64,000 nucleotides of DNA, from the IMG/VR virus record IMGVR_UViG_3300036958_000333, positions 128,001 through 192,000 of that record. The stretch is one strand, 5' to 3'. This document shows positions 19,191-29,566 of the stretch, piece after piece. Below the pieces are notes generated by a model. The model made no database searches, was not told the DNA's origin, and was given only the letters and a program-made list of their open reading frames with translations. The DNA is from a virus (lineage: Duplodnaviria > Caudoviricetes). The position numbers and the translations under genes were made by a program. Numbering within the stretch: the first letter of the stretch is position 1; every line of letters begins with the position of its first letter.

Positions 19191-20399
19191 ATGAATATAT
19201 ATAAAGACTTTCCATGTTTAAATCAAAATATAAATGGTCAAAAATTAATATATTTTGATAATGCCGCAACCACTCAAAAACCAAATATAGTTATAGAATC
19301 TATGTCTGAATTTTATAGAAAATATATGGCAAACGTACATAGAAGTTCTCATACATTAGGATCTATAGCGACAAATAAATATGAAAACGCTAGAGAAAAT
19401 ATAAGAAAATTTATAAATGCAAATAATAAAAACGAAATAATATTTACAAAAGGAACAACAGAAGGAATTAATTTATTATCAACATGTTTATCAAAAAAAA
19501 TAAAAGAAAATGATGAAATATTAATATCTCAAATGGAACATCATTCAAATATTCTTCCTTGGCAACAGGTATGTAAATACAAAAAATCTATATTAAAAAC
19601 AATTCCTTTTAACAATAATGGCGATATAATATTATCTACTCTAAAATCAATATTAAATGAAAAAACAAAAATAGTATCATTAGTTCATGTTTCAAATGTT
19701 TTAGGTACTATAAATCCTATAAAAGAAATAATAAAAGTAATTAGAAACTATAATGATAAAATTATAATAATAATTGATGGTTGTCAAGCTATAGCCCATA
19801 TGAAAATAGATGTAATTGACATAGATTGTGACTTTTATATTTTTTCTGGTCATAAAATGTATGGACCAACAGGAATAGGTGTATTATATGGAAAAGAAAA
19901 AATATTAGAAGACCTTGATCCATATCAATTTGGTGGAGATATGGTTAAGTATGTAAGTTTTGAAAAATCAGAGTTTGATATATTACCATATAAATTTGAA
20001 GCCGGAACTCCTAATATAGTTGGAGCAATAGGATTATCTGAAGCGATTGATTATATAAAAAATTTAAATTTTGATGAAATAAAATTATACGAAAATAATT
20101 TATTAAAATATTGTATGGAAAAAATATCAAATATTAGTAAAATAAATTTTATAGGAAAATCATTAAATAAAAATCCTATTATATCTTTTTATATAAATGA
20201 TATTTCATCTTATGATATATCGTTATTATTAGACACGTATGGTGTTTCTATAAGATCCGGACAACATTGCGCTCAACCTTTATTAAATGTATATGGACTA
20301 GATTCTGTAGCAAGAGTGTCTCTTGCAATATATAACACAGAAGAAGAGATAGATATATTTTATAATAGCCTTGTTAATACTATAAAAACATTAATATAA
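19191..20399 (+). CDS. sufS: cysteine desulfurase SufS
   Basis: YFDNAATTQKP, MEHHSN, DGCQ, FSGHKMYGPTGIG (PLP Lys), FEAGTP, RSGQHCAQP (catalytic Cys). Confidence 0.95.
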   Translation: MNIYKDFPCLNQNINGQKLIYFDNAATTQKPNIVIESMSEFYRKYMANVHRSSHTLGSIATNKYENARENIRKFINANNKNEIIFTKGTTEGINLLSTCLSKKIKENDEILISQMEHHSNILPWQQVCKYKKSILKTIPFNNNGDIILSTLKSILNEKTKIVSLVHVSNVLGTINPIKEIIKVIRNYNDKIIIIIDGCQAIAHMKIDVIDIDCDFYIFSGHKMYGPTGIGVLYGKEKILEDLDPYQFGGDMVKYVSFEKSEFDILPYKFEAGTPNIVGAIGLSEAIDYIKNLNFDEIKLYENNLLKYCMEKISNISKINFIGKSLNKNPIISFYINDISSYDISLLLDTYGVSIRSGQHCAQPLLNVYGLDSVARVSLAIYNTEEEIDIFYNSLVNTIKTLI

Positions 20400-20408
20400 G
20401 GAAAATAT

Positions 20409-20933
20409 ATGGAAATAGACATAAAAATTTATCCAGATAATTTTTTATTAAAAAAATGTGAAGATATAGATTTTGAAAAAGATAATTGGAAAGAAATAGC
20501 GGCTTCTTTAATTGTAAGTATTTATAAATATAAAGCTGTTGGAATGGCTGCTCCTCAAATAGGTATATTAAAAAATATTTTTGTAACAGATCATATATGG
20601 AAAGGAAATAAAAAAAATATATATAAAAACTTAAATGTATTTATAAATCCTAAAATAATAAATACATCAATAGAAGATGTATTGTCAACAGAAGGATGTA
20701 TTTCAATACCAACAGTTGGTGGAGTAATATATAGACAAAAAGAAATAACAATAGAATATTTTGATGAACATACAAATAAAGTTCAAAAAACATTTTCTAA
20801 TATGTTATCAAAAATAATACAACATGAAATGGATCATTTAAACGGAATATTATTTATAAATAAAATGCCAGAAAATCAAAGATCATTAATAGCTAGTAAA
20901 CTTTTTTCACTAAGAAGACATCAAAAAGATTAA
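20409..20933 (+). CDS. def: peptide deformylase
   Basis: GMAAPQIG, EGCIS, QHEMDHLNG. Confidence 0.95.
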   Translation: MEIDIKIYPDNFLLKKCEDIDFEKDNWKEIAASLIVSIYKYKAVGMAAPQIGILKNIFVTDHIWKGNKKNIYKNLNVFINPKIINTSIEDVLSTEGCISIPTVGGVIYRQKEITIEYFDEHTNKVQKTFSNMLSKIIQHEMDHLNGILFINKMPENQRSLIASKLFSLRRHQKD

Positions 20934-20974
20934 AAATTTTTTGTTTTTTTTCTATAATATATATTGTGTATTTA

Positions 20975-21026
20975 TGAAAAGATTGACTTTTTATGCAGTC
21001 TTTTCAACAGTGACTTTTAGCACTGT
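20975..21026 (+). promoter_or_regulatory. tandem hairpins in the 5' region of the Hsp20 gene
   Basis: TGAAAAGATTG/CAGTCTTTTCA and ACAGTG/CACTGT stems upstream of AAGGAG. Confidence 0.45.
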
Positions 21027-21050
21027 AATATAAAAACAAGGAGTATTATT

Positions 21051-21587
21051 ATGTCTTGGTTATATTCGTTTCAAAAAAAATCTAATCATCGTTTCCCAAA
21101 ATGTGATGTTACTAATGTTTTCGAATTTAATGATGGTTGTTTTGAAGCAGCAATGGATCAACTTCGTAATCGTTTTTTTTCTAACAAAAATATTATATCT
21201 GATGTATTTAAAAACTCAGCAAAATATCCTAAAACAGATATTAAAGTTAATGATGATGGATTTGTATTTAACATTGCAATTCCAGGTCTTAAAAAAGACG
21301 ATATAGAGATAACATTTGATAAAAACATATTAACTATTAAATATGACAAAAAAGAAAACAAAGAAGAATCAAGTGACAAATATATATTAAAAGAACTTAG
21401 GCATTCTTCTTTTATAAGATCTTGGGAATTTCAAGACGAAATCAAAGAAGAAGAGATAGAAGCATCAACAAAATATGGTATTTTAACTATTAAATTACCA
21501 TCAAAAACTCCAGAAAAAAATGAACAAAACAATGTAAAAAAAATAGACATAAAAGATGAAAATGAAACAATAGAAGAAAAAGAATAA
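21051..21587 (+). CDS. small heat shock protein (Hsp20/alpha-crystallin)
   Basis: YPKTDI, AIPGLKKDDIEI, LTI, SF.RS..F, A...YGILTI.LP. Confidence 0.92.
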   Translation: MSWLYSFQKKSNHRFPKCDVTNVFEFNDGCFEAAMDQLRNRFFSNKNIISDVFKNSAKYPKTDIKVNDDGFVFNIAIPGLKKDDIEITFDKNILTIKYDKKENKEESSDKYILKELRHSSFIRSWEFQDEIKEEEIEASTKYGILTIKLPSKTPEKNEQNNVKKIDIKDENETIEEKE

Positions 21588-21604
21588 TTTAATTAAATAC
21601 TACG

Positions 21605-21644
21605 AATAAAAAAGTGTACCTTTTACAAGGTACACTTTTTTATT
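21605..21644. terminator. bidirectional intrinsic terminator
   Basis: AATAAAAAAGTGTACCTT-TTAC-AAGGTACACTTTTTTATT between convergent genes. Confidence 0.85.
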
Positions 21645-22011
21645 TTTCAACAATATTTTTAATTCTTTCTTTTATTATTGATTCTAAAGGTTTCATATAA
21701 TTATTTATATAATTAGATTTATAAAACTTTGGATTAATTTTATAACTAAAAATATTTTCATTATTAAAATAAACTTCTAATATTATATTAGACAATGATC
21801 TTTTTGTAATACATGAAATATTAATATTATTATTTTTGCTATTATTTATTTCTAAATTATTTTCATTAAATTTAATTTTTTTATCAAAAAAATTTTTACT
21901 AATTAAATATTTATTTAAATAATTTTTTATATAATTATTAGAATCATTTTTGATATTATCAATAATTTTACTATTATTTAACAAATTAATATATTCTGAA
22001 AATTCACCCAT
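21640..22011 (-). CDS. hypothetical protein with capsid-targeting-like N-terminus
   Basis: MGEFSEYI. Confidence 0.65.
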   Translation of the reverse strand: MGEFSEYINLLNNSKIIDNIKNDSNNYIKNYLNKYLISKNFFDKKIKFNENNLEINNSKNNNINISCITKRSLSNIILEVYFNNENIFSYKINPKFYKSNYINNYMKPLESIIKERIKNIVEK

Positions 22012-22030
22012 TTTTTATTATTCCATATTT

Positions 22031-22324
22031 TTATTTAAAAATTTCTTCTCTAGTTTTAATAACATCATCTTTATTAATAAATGTATAAAAATGATTATCA
22101 GGATTTTTTATTCTTATTATATCTCCTTCTTTTAAATTAGTATTTCCACCAGAAATTATTCTAAACATATTATTTAAAAATTTTTCTGCCTTAAAATATT
22201 CTCCTAAAAAAATATGATTGACATTTTTATTTGGAGAATCAACAGAAACAACTAAAGTTTTAAGCAAATACCAACGAGCAAAATTATAATCCCTACCACT
22301 ATAATATTCTATAAAACTAATCAT
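22031..22324 (-). CDS. hypothetical protein with capsid-targeting-like N-terminus
   Basis: MISFIEYY. Confidence 0.65.
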   Translation of the reverse strand: MISFIEYYSGRDYNFARWYLLKTLVVSVDSPNKNVNHIFLGEYFKAEKFLNNMFRIISGGNTNLKEGDIIRIKNPDNHFYTFINKDDVIKTREEIFK

Positions 22325-22368
22325 AATATTATATATATTTATTAATTAAAAAATCTTATTTATATATT

Positions 22369-22974
22369 ATGATAAAAACAAATTCTGGTAAAATATATGA
22401 ATTACAAGGACCTAATATAATATTAAAAAATCAAGGGAAATATTGGAAAAATGAAGATATAAAATATATAAATTTTGATAATTATGGAAAAAACAAAATA
22501 TTATATAACACAAAAGAAATAACTAAAAAAGAAGAAATAATAAATATAAACATACCTAAAATAGAAAATATATATAAAGAAAAACAAACCTATATAGAAC
22601 CAGTATTAAATAAACAAGAAAAAAACAAATATTTTGAAGAAGATAAATACTTAGAAGAATTAACAAACCAAAAATTAAATGAAACAATAGAAAAAATAAA
22701 CCAAGAGCAACAAGAAGAATTAAAAATAAATAATGATATAATTCTAGAATCAGCAGGATCAACAGTATGTATAATTAACGAAATAGGACAAGTAAAATAT
22801 AAAAAATATGCTGTCGTAATAGAAGATAGAGATAAAAACAGAACTTTATTAATAAAAGATTATAAATATAAAAACAACGAATCAGTAATATGTGAATGGG
22901 ATAATACGAAATGGAAAATAAAAAAATCTAATCAACAAAATAATAATAGTATTGTAGATTTAATTAACCCATAA
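22369..22974 (+). CDS. hypothetical protein
   Basis: 201 aa ORF; A/C-skewed codon usage. Confidence 0.7.
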   Translation: MIKTNSGKIYELQGPNIILKNQGKYWKNEDIKYINFDNYGKNKILYNTKEITKKEEIININIPKIENIYKEKQTYIEPVLNKQEKNKYFEEDKYLEELTNQKLNETIEKINQEQQEELKINNDIILESAGSTVCIINEIGQVKYKKYAVVIEDRDKNRTLLIKDYKYKNNESVICEWDNTKWKIKKSNQQNNNSIVDLINP

Positions 22975-23851
22975 TAAATGGAAGCTGTGGAGCATTCCAT
23001 TTATATATTAAATCTTTTTCTAATTGTAATTTTTCAGTTTTACCTTCTTCTAACAATCTATCCCCATCAAGCTGAACTCCTTCACCTGCTGATAAAATAG
23101 AAGAATATTTACTTCTTATCCTTCCTAACATTATTTTACTTAAAGCCAAAGAATACTCGTTCATAAATTGATGAACTTCTGCCCAATCTTTCTTGTTTTG
23201 TAAATAATGCACTGTTACTATACCACCACCGGCAGATGGAGTTGGATAAATTTTAATAGAATGCAAATCTTCAAAATATTCCCACCCACCATTTCTACTA
23301 GAAAGCCTTTCAAACATTTCCTCATATTGCTTGAATAACACCCATTCGCCCGCGTAACCCCAGTAAGGCTGCCAACGGTTATACCCCCAAGCTCCCCAAG
23401 CTAATCCTCCGGCACCATATCCTGTGTCTCCAATCCATCCTAGTGGCATTGATCCTCCAAGTTCACTAGCTCCATCACATAATGCTGCGGCATAAGTTAC
23501 ATCTCTAATCATTCCAACATCACAAGGCATTTTATAAACAGATTGTCCAGCAGATGCAACAAAACTATAATATTGAAAATAATGATCTGGAGCCCATTCT
23601 TCAAATATTTTTAATGATTCGTTTACAGCCAAAGATAATTGTTGTTTATCTAATTCAATTTCAATACTGGGAGCTCCTAACATTAATAAAACGTAATCGG
23701 CTATTTCGGACCTTATTCTTTCTCTTTTGAATCTTGGACCTGTTTGGCAATTATAAGTTCTTCCAGGCGACTCACTTTCTGGAAGTATATTATCATTTAA
23801 AGATTGATTAGGCAAATAATCTTTTAATATATTACAAGTTTGATCTATCAT
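22964..23851 (-). CDS. gp13: neck/head-tail adaptor protein (gp13-like)
   Basis: YVLLMLGAP.IEIELD..QL, Y.LAL.K.MLGRIRSKY, VQLDG..L.EEG..E...LE, P.F.MG. Confidence 0.85.
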   Translation of the reverse strand: MIDQTCNILKDYLPNQSLNDNILPESESPGRTYNCQTGPRFKRERIRSEIADYVLLMLGAPSIEIELDKQQLSLAVNESLKIFEEWAPDHYFQYYSFVASAGQSVYKMPCDVGMIRDVTYAAALCDGASELGGSMPLGWIGDTGYGAGGLAWGAWGYNRWQPYWGYAGEWVLFKQYEEMFERLSSRNGGWEYFEDLHSIKIYPTPSAGGGIVTVHYLQNKKDWAEVHQFMNEYSLALSKIMLGRIRSKYSSILSAGEGVQLDGDRLLEEGKTEKLQLEKDLIYKWNAPQLPFIMG

Positions 23852-23911
23852 AATTATATTTATAAATAAAATTTAAAAAATATAAATAAATTTTTATATA
23901 TGTGTTAATAT

Positions 23912-25075
23912 ATGTTTATGGAACTAAATGAATTAAAAAATTGGATAATTAATAATTTATTAAAAAATAATAATATTATTTCAAGAAAATGTAGAAAAGA
24001 TTATTTAGAAAAAAATAATATAAACATATACAATAATATTATTTATTATACTAAATTTTTAGAAAATACATGTAAATTATCAGAAAGAGTTTATTGTATA
24101 TTAAATAATATTAATAGTCCAATGATTTGTAATAATAAAAATTGCAATAAATCTGTTAATTTTGTTTGTTTTTCTATTGGTTATAAAAAATATTGTTGTT
24201 CTACATGTGGAGTTAGAGATGAAGAAATAAAGAATAAAATAATTAATACTAATTTATTAAGATATGGAGTAGTACATTATAGTAAAACACAAGAAAGAAG
24301 AGATAGGGTTATAAATACATGTATTAATAAATATGGAGTAGATAATCCATGTAAATCAAAAGAAATAATTAAAAAAATAGAAAACAATAATATTAAAAAA
24401 TATGGAGTAAAATCAGTGTTTCAGCTAGAGGAAGTTAAGAGAAAAATATATAATAAAATACATAATAAAATTAACGATATTAGATTAAAAGCTGAAAATA
24501 CTTGTTTAAATAAATATGGAGAAAAATATTATTGTGTAATTCCAAAATGTTATAAATCTGGAATTAACTCTATATTAAAAAAATATAATGGAAAGTATTA
24601 TTCACAGGTTCATATTTCTGATGAATCATTAATCAATTTAAACAACAAAGATTGGTTAAAAAACCAACATTGTAATTTAAAAAAAAATTGTAATAAAATA
24701 GCAAAAGAATTAAATGTTTCTCAAAGAACTGTCTTAAATTATTTACACAAATTTAATATTAAAATTATTAGATTTCAACGTTCTTCATACGAGCAAGAAA
24801 TAGTTGATTTTATTAATTTACCTAATATATTAACAAATGTAAGAAATATTATACCACCTTATGAATTAGATATATATTTGCCGGATTATAAGTTGTCTAT
24901 AGAGTTTAATGGAAGTTATTGGCATAAAGGATTAGAATATAGACATAAATTAAAAACAAATTTGTGTAATAAAAAAGGAATTAAATTAATACATATATCA
25001 GAAAACGAATGGAATAATGATAAAGATAAATGTAAAAATATAATAATGGAATCTATAAAAGGAAATATAATATAA
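23912..25075 (+). mobile_element. free-standing homing endonuclease-like gene, copy 2 (no IWDCG domain)
   Basis: SERVYCILN, Cys cluster, KYG repeats, HTH, ELDIYLPDYKLSIEFNGSYWH. Confidence 0.8.
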
Positions 25076-25178
25076 GTGATATTTTTAGAATCAGAATTTG
25101 GAAATTATTAAAAAATAATTTTGAAAAATTTATTGATAAATATTTATGAGGTAGATCATACGATAATTAAATAAAAAA

Positions 25179-26435
25179 CTAATTAATACTTAATTGATGA
25201 ATTGAATCAATTGACATTTTTATTTTTTGATTTATCTTTTTTAAATTTTCTTCTGTATTTTCACATGTTACCATATAGTCATTATATAAAAATGAAAAAA
25301 ACTTTTTAATATTATATACTTTTTCATTTAATTTTTCTTTATTACATGCAGAAAGTATTACTTCAGATAAATTAAGATTATTATCAATATATATTCCATC
25401 TGATATATTATAAAAAGGATTTCCACATACAACAACTGGTTTTCCCATTAAAGCGGCTTCTAATCCTAATTGAGAATTTAAAACTATAATAATATCAGAA
25501 AATTTAATTAAATTATAAGTATTTACTTCATATTCTATAAACATACAAAAATTATTTTTATAATAATCATCATTATAAAAATAATTATATACAATTACAT
25601 CTCTTGGATGAAACCTAATTATTATATTATATTTATCCTTATCTATTGAATCAATAGCGTATTTAATAAAACTTTCAATATTATTAAAAGTATCTTCTAA
25701 AATAACAACAGAATCAATATCAACTTGTCCAACTATTAATATTGTTTGTTTATTAAAATTAAAGTTTTTATTTTTACTTAAGATTTTTTCTTTTAATATT
25801 TTATCATTTTCTTCTTCTGGCTGAGACACTTGTCCCCTGTCATAAAAACATGAATTAAAAAATTTACTTACATTATCATTAATTTTTATATTATTTTTAT
25901 CAATGATATTCCATTTATATTTCATTTCTTTCATTATATTACATATTGGGCCGAAAGAATCAAAATAAAGATGATCAATTATAAATGAATTTTCATAAGA
26001 CATATAAGGAATTTTAAGTTCATTTTTAATTATTTCACATAAAACATTATCTAATTCATAGTTTCCTCTACATATCATTAAATCAATTGGAGTATTATTT
26101 AATATAATATTAAATTGTTCTTGTAAATAATCTTTAAATTTATTATAAAGATTAATAATATCATTTTCATTCATTTTTGAATAATTTTTATTGGCTTTTT
26201 TACTTATTACAACTTTTAATTGATTTAATAAATAATCTTCTTTGAAATATTTTCTTGATAATTCACATTTTTTTTTATTTTTTAGAATTAAGTTATTATC
26301 ATATAAAACAATATCATTTCTATTTAAAAAATATTTATATAAAAAAAATGTAAATTCATCTAATTTAGACCATTTCATATTTTTTCGTTCATTATAATTT
26401 ATACTATCACTATAATTAAATAATAATATTCTCAT
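25179..26435 (-). CDS. capsule polysaccharide biosynthesis protein (KpsS/KpsC-like)
   Basis: GQV..DS, RFHPRD, NSQLGLEAALMGKPVVVCG.PFY. Confidence 0.8.
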   Translation of the reverse strand: MRILLFNYSDSINYNERKNMKWSKLDEFTFFLYKYFLNRNDIVLYDNNLILKNKKKCELSRKYFKEDYLLNQLKVVISKKANKNYSKMNENDIINLYNKFKDYLQEQFNIILNNTPIDLMICRGNYELDNVLCEIIKNELKIPYMSYENSFIIDHLYFDSFGPICNIMKEMKYKWNIIDKNNIKINDNVSKFFNSCFYDRGQVSQPEEENDKILKEKILSKNKNFNFNKQTILIVGQVDIDSVVILEDTFNNIESFIKYAIDSIDKDKYNIIIRFHPRDVIVYNYFYNDDYYKNNFCMFIEYEVNTYNLIKFSDIIIVLNSQLGLEAALMGKPVVVCGNPFYNISDGIYIDNNLNLSEVILSACNKEKLNEKVYNIKKFFSFLYNDYMVTCENTEENLKKINQKIKMSIDSIHQLSIN

Positions 26436-27250
26436 ATATCAATTTCTATAAATGATTTTTTTATTTCATTTTCCCAATATGACATTTTTATTTTATTGTA
26501 ATTATAATATTTATTTGTAATATCATTATATTTTTCTTTTAAATATTCTTCGTTTATTTCATTCCAAGAATCTGTTATTAATATTGGAAGATCCAAAAAA
26601 TATTCAGTCATAGGGCTTTTTTTAACTATTGGAATAGATCCTAAATATAATGTTTCCCATGTTCTATGACAATCTATTCCATTTCCTGGTGGAGATATAA
26701 CAAATTTGTGATTTCTTACTTTTTTTGCAAAAAAATCAAATTGTATTCTATTGTTTTCGGTAGTTACCCAATCATATTGTTTAAATTTATTATATACAAA
26801 TTCTCTTTCTTTTTTATTTGTTCCAATTGTTATATTAAGATATACTAGATTAATAAAATTTCTATCTTTTTTAGATTCTTCTTCTATTAATTTTATATCA
26901 CCACTTCCTCCTTTTCCATGTATAAAGAATCTTTCTAATCCTATTGGAATAGGTATTAAATCTTTTTTTTCTATACAAACATTTTGAGAAAACCATTTTA
27001 TAACATTTTTTGGTTTTTTGTTATATAAATCTTCTGTAATATTAAAATCAGAATTATGAGTTATAATAATATATTTAAATGTACTATTAGAAATTAAAGA
27101 AAATATATATTTTACAAAATGAGTATGACAAAATATTATCGAATTTTTTTTTAAAATTTCGTTTGAAGGAATAATTTTATTTTCATCAAATATAAAATGA
27201 GCAATATTTCTAAATTTATCTCCATGTATATATTCTTTTTCTAAATCCAT
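26432..27250 (-). CDS. exostosin-like glycosyltransferase
   Basis: PIPIGL, KFVISPPGNGIDCHRTWETLYLGSIPIV. Confidence 0.75.
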   Translation of the reverse strand: MDLEKEYIHGDKFRNIAHFIFDENKIIPSNEILKKNSIIFCHTHFVKYIFSLISNSTFKYIIITHNSDFNITEDLYNKKPKNVIKWFSQNVCIEKKDLIPIPIGLERFFIHGKGGSGDIKLIEEESKKDRNFINLVYLNITIGTNKKEREFVYNKFKQYDWVTTENNRIQFDFFAKKVRNHKFVISPPGNGIDCHRTWETLYLGSIPIVKKSPMTEYFLDLPILITDSWNEINEEYLKEKYNDITNKYYNYNKIKMSYWENEIKKSFIEIDI

Positions 27251-27304
27251 TAAGTTTATTATTATTTTCCTTTTATTTTTTAATAAAAAACATTTTTTTA
27301 TTAT

Positions 27305-27865
27305 TTACAGTAAATTGAATTTTTTTTCTATTTTTATTAAATTAAATCTTTTTTTTAATTTCGTATTAAAGTTTTTTAATATTTCATCATAGTAAATTGA
27401 ATCTTTTTTACATATAACAGCCGTCCATGGTATATAATTCATAACATCTATCCAAACAAAATTATCTGGAAAGATTACTTTATGCCAATTATATGATTTT
27501 ACTTCAGAGTCATGAGCAATTATTAAATCTGTTTTTGAAAATGATACGTTTATTTGCATCCACCTTGATTCCCAATGTCCATCAACAAATATTAAATCAA
27601 ATTTTTTATCAATATTTTTTATAAACTTACATGCAGAAAATGGGCCTAATAATAAATTTGGATGAAAATTAATACTACCATTAAATTTATTAGATATAAT
27701 ATCATACCATTTAGAATCTTGCATTTCTAAACTTATTACTTCATCACATTTATTTATAAATAAACTTGTACTAAATTTTCCAAGTCCTGTTTCCAAAACC
27801 ATTTTTATATTAAATTTATCTACAACAAATTCTAATATTTTAATATGAGAACCATAAGGATCCAC
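27305..27865 (-). CDS. class I SAM-dependent methyltransferase-like protein
   Basis: VLETGLGKFST, FDLIFVDG, IIAHD. Confidence 0.75.
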   Translation of the reverse strand: MDPYGSHIKILEFVVDKFNIKMVLETGLGKFSTSLFINKCDEVISLEMQDSKWYDIISNKFNGSINFHPNLLLGPFSACKFIKNIDKKFDLIFVDGHWESRWMQINVSFSKTDLIIAHDSEVKSYNWHKVIFPDNFVWIDVMNYIPWTAVICKKDSIYYDEILKNFNTKLKKRFNLIKIEKKFNLL

Positions 27866-27875
27866 TTTTAATCTC

Positions 27876-28787
27876 TTACATAAAATCTTTTAATTTTTTA
27901 CAATGTATATGCAAATTATTTAATTTATATTTTTTATGATTAAAAACAACATATGGAACTTTTCTACCATATTTATCATTATCAAATATAACATTATATA
28001 TATTATTTTTTAAACTGGAACCAATCCAATGATGATCAAATGAACATCCTGGCAAATGACCATGAGGAGTTCCACCAACAAATTGTCCCCAAGATGCGCT
28101 ATCAAATAATGAATTAAATGAATCTAAATATCTTGAAAATTCACCAATAGGTTCTAACGGCATATAATCTATAATTCCAGTATTTTTCTTTGATATAAAT
28201 TTTAATAATACCATTTCATTAATTAAATTTTCTTCTGTCATTTTTTGTAATTTTTTTATGTCTAAACTAAGATAATGTATTAATAAATCATTTATTTCTT
28301 TTATTATATCATATTTATATATATAAATACAAGCTGCAGTATCATATTTAGGACCAAGAGGATTTAAAGCTATTTTATCATTAAAAAATATTTTAAATAT
28401 ATTTGATATTCTAGAAAAATCTTCATAAATTAATACATCATTTTCTATATGAATAACATTTTCAATATTATTTAACCTCATAAACTCTTCTATATAAAAT
28501 AATCTTTGGCATGTAATATGCCAAAAATTATTATTTCCAAACTGAGACAAATATGATATAGAATTAAATTTTTCGATTCTATCTAAATTTGAAATATCAT
28601 CTATATTAATTTTTATTAAATTTTTAATATTACAATCAAATATTTTAAGATTAAAATTATTCATTAATAAAAATATATTACTATTTCTATTAAATATTTC
28701 TATTTGAGAAATACAGTCGTAAATATGTTTTGGAAAATCATTTCCTATATGGATTAAAACAAAATTAATCATATTTATTCCCAACAA
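27876..28787 (-). CDS. putative GT-A-like glycan synthesis protein
   Basis: HIENDVLIY, NEM..L, FDSASWGQFVGG, NLHIHCK; lies within the GT operon. Confidence 0.6.
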   Translation of the reverse strand: MLGINMINFVLIHIGNDFPKHIYDCISQIEIFNRNSNIFLLMNNFNLKIFDCNIKNLIKINIDDISNLDRIEKFNSISYLSQFGNNNFWHITCQRLFYIEEFMRLNNIENVIHIENDVLIYEDFSRISNIFKIFFNDKIALNPLGPKYDTAACIYIYKYDIIKEINDLLIHYLSLDIKKLQKMTEENLINEMVLLKFISKKNTGIIDYMPLEPIGEFSRYLDSFNSLFDSASWGQFVGGTPHGHLPGCSFDHHWIGSSLKNNIYNVIFDNDKYGRKVPYVVFNHKKYKLNNLHIHCKKLKDFM

Positions 28788-29551
28788 TTATATGATCCAT
28801 TATACCAAGAATGAACCACTATTATATCATATTCTTTATTTTTATTTATAAATTTATTTATTTCATTTATAGAATATACCGTTTCAAATGGATTTTTTTG
28901 ACTTTTTCCCATATTAGTTGTTTTTAATTGTATTATATCATACATATCAGGATAATATTTTAAAACATAATTTCCATATAATTCTGGTTCTCCTAGATAA
29001 CAACTATTGTCTATAATATCATATGATTTTTCTATAAATGTTTGTACTGTAAATTTATATCTATTTAACATATCTTTTATAATATTTTTATTAAAAAAAT
29101 TAGTATCATTAATAAAAGTATGATTTGCTATTCTTCCAAATCCTAACATTTTTTCTTGAAAATTAAAATAAGGAGCATGATTTTGATCTTTTCCATAATA
29201 CCAAATTGGTTTTCCATTATCATTAAACATATTTATATCTTTATTAACAATGACATCAGCATCTATTGTAAAATAATAATCATTTTTAGTAATATTTTGA
29301 AATAACTTTATGAATTGTTGATATATCCAGTTAGGTCTATATTTCCATCTCATTGGATTAATATTCAAAACATCTTTGTCGTTAAAATATTCTATATTAT
29401 ATTTTTCTAATTGACTTTTATTTATAAGATTTGGTGTAACTAAATATATTTTATCGAAATTTTTAATGTGCTTATGTAAATATTCTAAACATAAGTCTAT
29501 TTTTATATAATCTTTCATTGAACAAGTAATAAATATATCATATTTTTCCAA
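28775..29551 (-). CDS. nucleotide-sugar transferase (DUF6492-like)
   Basis: WIYQQFIKL, IDADV (DxD), E.ELYGNY. Confidence 0.7.
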   Translation of the reverse strand: MEKYDIFITCSMKDYIKIDLCLEYLHKHIKNFDKIYLVTPNLINKSQLEKYNIEYFNDKDVLNINPMRWKYRPNWIYQQFIKLFQNITKNDYYFTIDADVIVNKDINMFNDNGKPIWYYGKDQNHAPYFNFQEKMLGFGRIANHTFINDTNFFNKNIIKDMLNRYKFTVQTFIEKSYDIIDNSCYLGEPELYGNYVLKYYPDMYDIIQLKTTNMGKSQKNPFETVYSINEINKFINKNKEYDIIVVHSWYNGSYNCWE

Positions 29552-29566
29552 TTTATTTCTCCAATT

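Noticed and set aside
21017..21045. CIRCE operator before Hsp20
   Set aside because: Only TTAGCACT is present; the GAGTGCTAA half is missing
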